Shown here one piece after another: positions 59,688-64,000 of a stretch of 64,000 nucleotides of DNA. The first letter of the stretch is position 1. Every line of letters starts with the position of its first letter. The DNA is taken from IMG/VR virus record IMGVR_UViG_3300033463_000092. The stretch is one strand, 5' to 3'. The position numbers and the translations under genes were made by a program. Under the pieces are notes generated by a model, which saw nothing but the letters and a program-made list of their open reading frames with translations, did not search any database and had not been told where the DNA came from. This DNA is from an uncultured virus (IMG/VR IMGVR_UViG_3300033463_000092) (Duplodnaviria; Heunggongvirae; Uroviricota; Caudoviricetes).

Positions 59688-59794
59688 TACTATGAACACT
59701 TTTGGCCGCCCCTCGGGGTCGGCAGGGATTAAAAGGTCCTCCTTTGTTCCACTGGTTGATATTTTAATATAACAGATAGATCAAAAAAGTAAAC
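59688..59794 (-). repeat. Promoter-driven hairpin/G-tract element, copy 6 (divergent, compensatory changes)
   Basis: ACTATGAACACTTTTGGCCGCCCCTCGGGGTCGGCAG...CTGGTTGATATT plus promoter. Confidence 0.85.
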
Positions 59795-59848
59795 TGAAAA
59801 AAAAGGGACCGCCGCGGCGGTCCCTTTTGGAGAGCGGAGAGTTGGGCC

Positions 59849-60121
59849 TTAAAAGGAGATGAGACCCTCTTCGGCGAGATTGCGGCCGTCGACCCTCACC
59901 AGGAGATAAATCTCCCTGGGGCCCACAAAAAAGTGAGACCGCCAAATTTCCGTGGGATTGGAGTTTTTGAGAGAGTTACGGAGACTGAAGAGGGCTCTCC
60001 CGGCCTCGCGGAATCCCTTGATGGGCTCGCTCACCCATTTGAACTCCCTGTCCCAAAAGCCGCCGTTTTCGGGGAGAGTGATGTGGGAGATCCGATAGGT
60101 GTGAGTGTGAGTGTGTCTCAT
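59849..60121 (-). CDS. Hypothetical protein
   Basis: AAGGAG SD before MRHTHTH; own promoter and terminator. Confidence 0.7.
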   Translation of the reverse strand: MRHTHTHTYRISHITLPENGGFWDREFKWVSEPIKGFREAGRALFSLRNSLKNSNPTEIWRSHFFVGPREIYLLVRVDGRNLAEEGLISF

Positions 60122-60768
60122 GTGAGTGACTCCTTTGTGTTGGTGATTGGTGGGAACCGATATTATATTATAACAGGGAGATCCGAAAAATAAACCAAGA
60201 TCCCATACAAATTTTAGCGGCGATGATCGGTTTACGAACCCCGTATGTCTGTTATATTTCAATATCAACCACCCCAACCGAAAGGACTGCCACATGGAAT
60301 TCCGCATTCTCTACTCCACCCCGCTCCTCGCCGCCGCCAATCAGCGCATCGAGGCCTACGTGAAGGCCGGCACCGAAGAGGCCGCGATGGCCGAACTTCG
60401 GTCTTGGTTCACCCCCGCTGAATGGTCCGAAGTGAAAATTCACAGGGTCAGGGTGGCCTAACCCAACTTGGAAAAGACCAGGGGCTGCCCGCTTCGGCTC
60501 CTGGTCCACCTCTCAGACAATCTTATCGAAAGGAACCTCAACATGAAACGCATTCTCTTTGTCCTCCTGCTCATCGCTGCCGCTGTCTTCATCCAGACCG
60601 CTCCTCACTGCCTCACTTGGTTCGAAGCCATCCGTACTTGGGGTCTCGGTCTCTTGGCCGTGGTCTGCGGCTTCCTCGGAACGATCGGTGCCTAAGAAAC
60701 TCAGTTTACTTTTCCAACTTCTCAGTTATATTTCAATATCAACCACCACCAACGAAAGGAACACCAAA

Positions 60769-61200
60769 ATGAAGAAGCTCAACATCACCGTTCTCACCAC
60801 TCTCTCCGTCGACGTCCGCCCCGCCGTCCAGGCCACCGTCAAGTCCGAAGCCGCCATGTGGAACTACCTTCGTCAGGTCCGGGACAACATCACGGACGAG
60901 GACCTCAAGGTCGGCATCCAGGCCATCGTCACCACCGAGGACGGGGCGGAATTCAAGAACATCATCTTCCGCCGCAACTCCAAGGGCAAGATCGAAATGC
61001 CGAACTCGGTCAAGGCCACTTGCCGCCGCCAGGTCGAAAAGGCCCGTAAGGCCGCCAAGGAAGCTGCCGAAAAGGCCGCCGCCAAGAAGGCCCGGAAGGC
61101 CGAGGCCAACCGTCGGTACCGCGAACGGAAGAAGGCTGCTGCCGCTGCCGCGACCGCCGCGGCGGTCGCTGCTGAAGAGGCTGTTCCGACCGAAGCCTAA
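60769..61200 (+). CDS. Hypothetical protein with Ala/Lys-rich tail (family of 44096)
   Basis: Promoter and SD; start revised. Confidence 0.8.
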   Translation: MKKLNITVLTTLSVDVRPAVQATVKSEAAMWNYLRQVRDNITDEDLKVGIQAIVTTEDGAEFKNIIFRRNSKGKIEMPNSVKATCRRQVEKARKAAKEAAEKAAAKKARKAEANRRYRERKKAAAAAATAAAVAAEEAVPTEA

Positions 61201-61430
61201 TACCTCCCCGCCTCCCAGAGGACCGACTCACCGTCGGTCCTCTTTTTGACATAATAGTGAACTTGCACTCTATGGGAGAAACTTAGAAACTTCTCTTGCA
61301 TCTTCATTGTAAGCTACTTAGATTACATGGGAGAAACTTAGAATTTTTTCTTATGAATCTCAGTTTACTTCTTAGTCCTATCTGTTATATTTCAATATCA
61401 ACAACAACCACCAACGAAAGGAACCCCATC

Positions 61431-61721
61431 ATGGCTTACTCCATCCTCGAGACTCGGAACACCACCACCACCGTCATCGGCCCTTTCAAAACCCCCGAAA
61501 TGGCCGTGAAATTCATCAAGAAGTTGGCGGACGATATCAAGGCGGAACACCACCACGATCCCCGCTCCTATGTTCCTGAAGCCATCATCTCCGAGCTCGA
61601 ATACTGCGACTACGGCCCGGAACAGTATCGCCTCGACATGAGTGTTGTGGATCGGTTCATGCATGTGAATTCCACCTTCCGCTGGGAAGTGAAATACCTC
61701 CTGAATCCGAAGAAAATCTAA
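61431..61721 (+). CDS. Hypothetical protein (xGPFKT family)
   Basis: Promoter and SD; start revised. Confidence 0.75.
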   Translation: MAYSILETRNTTTTVIGPFKTPEMAVKFIKKLADDIKAEHHHDPRSYVPEAIISELEYCDYGPEQYRLDMSVVDRFMHVNSTFRWEVKYLLNPKKI

Positions 61722-61785
61722 ATCTCGGTTTACTTTCTCGGTCCTTTGGTTATATTTTAATATCACCAACAGAAAGGTCAACACA

Positions 61786-61992
61786 ATGCACACTTATCAC
61801 ATCGTCTTCAGCCTCAACAACGATCCCACTCACTATTGGTATGACATCCCCGCCGCCGACCAGAAGGATGCCATCAGGGCCTGGAACGAGATCCGTCGTG
61901 TCATTCCGGGTAAGACCACTCGGCTTTATGTGGCTCGCCATAACCCCAAGGATCTTCATTGGAATGACGGTCTGACCGAATATCAGATCTAA
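61786..61992 (+). CDS. Small protein (paralog of 59395..59601)
   Basis: Promoter and SD. Confidence 0.75.
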   Translation: MHTYHIVFSLNNDPTHYWYDIPAADQKDAIRAWNEIRRVIPGKTTRLYVARHNPKDLHWNDGLTEYQI

Positions 61993-62087
61993 GCTCCTTC
62001 CGACGGCGGGAATCCCAGTTTACTTTCTGGGATTCCCTGTTATACTATAATACAAATACAATCAATCCAACCGAAAGGACCGCACCC

Positions 62088-62855
62088 ATGAAGCTCTTCA
62101 TCCACTCTGTCGCTTCCTACTCCCCTCGCTGCAATCAGGTCATCCTCTCCTTCGCGGACGACGTACCGGCCCTTCCCAAGGAGGTTTACTCCTTCTCTCT
62201 CTTCATGCCCAAATCGGTCCAGCTGACCGCAGGTCAAGTCAACGAAGTTCCCTCCTGGATCGCCAAGAACATCTGGCATTCCCAGTCCACTGCCTACATC
62301 CTCAAGGACCTCTTCAAGCAGGGAAAGGCCACGGTCCATAAGAGAGCCGAGAAGATCGAGATCGTCATCGCGATCGAGGAAGCCTTCAAGGCGGCGGAAG
62401 CCCTGAATGTGGAGGAGCCCATCGTCGAGAGCGGCGAATTCATCGGAAAGCCCGGTGACACCATCATCACCACCTTCAAGGTGGACAAGCTTCTCAAGAG
62501 CTGGGAGAACTACTACGAAGGAGTCTGGCGGCACAACGGACATGGGTGGGAGCATCCGACCGCTGCGGTCTGTCTGTGGCAGCTCTCTGACGAGGAAGGC
62601 CATACCTTCATCCTCCGCTGCACCAACGACGGCATCAACTCCGACATCGCTGAGGCGAAGTCCGCCGGAAAGTCCTTCCAGATGGAGGCGAAGATCGTCG
62701 GCCATCAGACCTTCCGTGGTCTCAAACAGACCAACATCAAGGTGAAGAAGCAGAAGATCGTGATGATCGGCAGCGACGGCCAGCCTACCCTGGAGGAACC
62801 GAAGGTGGAAGCACCGGTGGAAGAGCAGGAATACACCGATGAAGTCCCGTTCTGA
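62088..62855 (+). CDS. Putative OB-fold protein with an SSB-like acidic C-terminal tail
   Basis: FIGKPGD...KIVGHQTFRGLKQT; ends EEQEYTDEVPF. Confidence 0.6.
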   Translation: MKLFIHSVASYSPRCNQVILSFADDVPALPKEVYSFSLFMPKSVQLTAGQVNEVPSWIAKNIWHSQSTAYILKDLFKQGKATVHKRAEKIEIVIAIEEAFKAAEALNVEEPIVESGEFIGKPGDTIITTFKVDKLLKSWENYYEGVWRHNGHGWEHPTAAVCLWQLSDEEGHTFILRCTNDGINSDIAEAKSAGKSFQMEAKIVGHQTFRGLKQTNIKVKKQKIVMIGSDGQPTLEEPKVEAPVEEQEYTDEVPF

Positions 62856-62925
62856 GGTTTACTTTCTGGGATTCTCGGTTATATTTCAATATCAACAACA
62901 ACCACCAACGAAAGGACCACCCACC

Positions 62926-63351
62926 ATGATCACCCTCGTCACCACCGCTCTCCCCGCTCCCTTCACCACCGAGACCGATCTCCAGGTCAAATCCATCTCC
63001 GCCGCCTGGAATGCCATCCGGGCGCTCCGGGACGGAGCCGACCCTGCCGTTCTCAACGGAGTCACCCTCAAGGTTCTCTTGGACGAGCCCTCCGACCGCA
63101 TCCCCGCCACCATCCGCTTCACCCTGAACTCCAAGGGAAAAATCGAATTCAAGGATGCCGCCAAGGTGTCCGCTCCCAAGGCTCCCAAGAAGGCCCAGAA
63201 GGCCGCCGCCACCGTCGTCGAGGAGGACGAAGACGACAGCTGGGACGACGAGCGGGGTCTCCGTCAGATGGAGGAAATGGCCGCCTACATCCACTCCGGG
63301 GCGGGCTTGGACAACTACTTCGCCGACCGAGATGCGGGGTTCGTGGAATAA
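62926..63351 (+). CDS. Hypothetical protein (QVKSxSAAWN subfamily)
   Basis: Promoter and SD; start revised. Confidence 0.8.
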   Translation: MITLVTTALPAPFTTETDLQVKSISAAWNAIRALRDGADPAVLNGVTLKVLLDEPSDRIPATIRFTLNSKGKIEFKDAAKVSAPKAPKKAQKAAATVVEEDEDDSWDDERGLRQMEEMAAYIHSGAGLDNYFADRDAGFVE

Positions 63352-63747
63352 GTTTCCACACACCGAGGGGAGTCCGCGGCCTCCCCTTTTTCTTCACATT
63401 AGAATGCATCCTCTGGATAGCTTCCTTTCCTGTCATATATTCCTTCGCCCTGTAGATCGGACAGCATCCTGGCTTTCTAGCAGCAGAGGTCATTTCCCAG
63501 TTTACGAACCTCTCATGCCTGTTATATTATAATACAATCAAACGAAAGGAACCCACAATGCACACCTACCTCATCCCCTACGTCGCCAAGAATGCCCGCA
63601 CCAACAAGAAGGTGGAAGCCGTCTTTCGGATCCAGACCGTCAGCAAGGAAGCAGCGATGGATGCCTTCTCCGACTTCTACTTCCAGCACCCCACCCTCGT
63701 CCAGGGAATGATCAAGCAGATCATCGAGGCCTGAAGGAGAGGAAAAG

Positions 63748-64000
63748 ATGCCAACTTTCTTGATCATAGTCGTCTCCGTCTTCTTTCTCATCCTGTTCGC
63801 AAGCTTAAGAAGATGCTTTACCACATATAAGAACGTTTATGAAGATAAGACGAAGAGTGCTGTCCAACAACGGGCATCTTATCACGGACCTCACCCCAAA
63901 GAAAAACCCTATTTGAGTGGAGACATTGTGGAGTTCAAGCTGACCGTAAGGTCTGATCTTCAGATGAAAAGAATGACCGAGCTTGAAAAGAAGTTCTATT
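63748..64000 (+). CDS. Partial membrane-anchored hypothetical protein
   Basis: GAGGA SD, N-terminal TM segment, open to the window edge. Confidence 0.55.
   Translation, partial: MPTFLIIVVSVFFLILFASLRRCFTTYKNVYEDKTKSAVQQRASYHGPHPKEKPYLSGDIVEFKLTVRSDLQMKRMTELEKKFY

Larger units (their letters stand above)
36618..63535 (+). promoter_or_regulatory. Dispersed rightward early-type promoters (about 50 copies) with A/C-rich leader and GAAAGGA/AAGGAG SD
   Basis: GTTTACTTTT-N~11-TGTTATATTWYAATA, e.g. at 37933, 43018, 46391, 54177, 62857; typical leader ATCAACAACCACCAACGAAAGGA. Confidence 0.9.

Noticed and set aside
7165..59794. G-tract elements as CsrA sponges or mini-ORF leaders
   Set aside because: The AGGA loop is not conserved (absent in copy 2), and no start codon follows the SD-like sequence
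1938..63535. Promoter repeats or G-tract elements as a CRISPR array
   Set aside because: Spacing is hundreds of bases or more and irregular, the intervals are whole genes, and no cas genes are present
1..64000. Genome-wide stop-codon reassignment (TGA or TAG)
   Set aside because: Conserved long genes are intact under code 11, and TGA ends ligA and PolX at natural domain ends; only one in-frame TGA was noticed

Overview
This window is part of a large dsDNA bacteriophage genome (jumbo/T4-like organisation, inferred). No rRNA, capsid/tail genes, CRISPR array or recognisable integrase/transposase is present. Genes run leftward from about 36.4 kb to the left edge and rightward from about 36.6 kb to the right edge, with a few small minus-strand islands. 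Most genes have their own copy of a T4-early-like promoter (GTTTAC-N17-TATAWT; roughly 90-100 copies by manual count). Recognisable proteins: MoxR-like AAA ATPase plus VWA/metallopeptidase pair, RNA ligases Rnl1 and Rnl2, PNK-like kinase, HAD phosphatase, metallophosphoesterase, deaminase, NAD-dependent DNA ligase, PolX, IF-3, a PolA-fold-like protein, a free-standing endonuclease, LPD11 and LPD29 proteins, and many small paralogous hypotheticals. There are 11 tRNA genes, two of them interrupted by group I introns (Lys-UUU at 34/35, Asn-GUU at 35/36). The most unusual content is non-coding: (i) a three-copy 3'-UTR RNA motif that displays an anti-leader loop and an anti-Shine-Dalgarno loop complementary to the phage's own early-gene leaders; (ii) six same-orientation promoter-driven hairpin/G-tract elements; (iii) several large structured RNAs and tRNA mimics, some with a shared boxB/boxA-like leader; (iv) phage IF-3 together with two initiator-like tRNAs lacking the three G-C pairs. 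All functional interpretations come from manual motif recognition; no searches were run.
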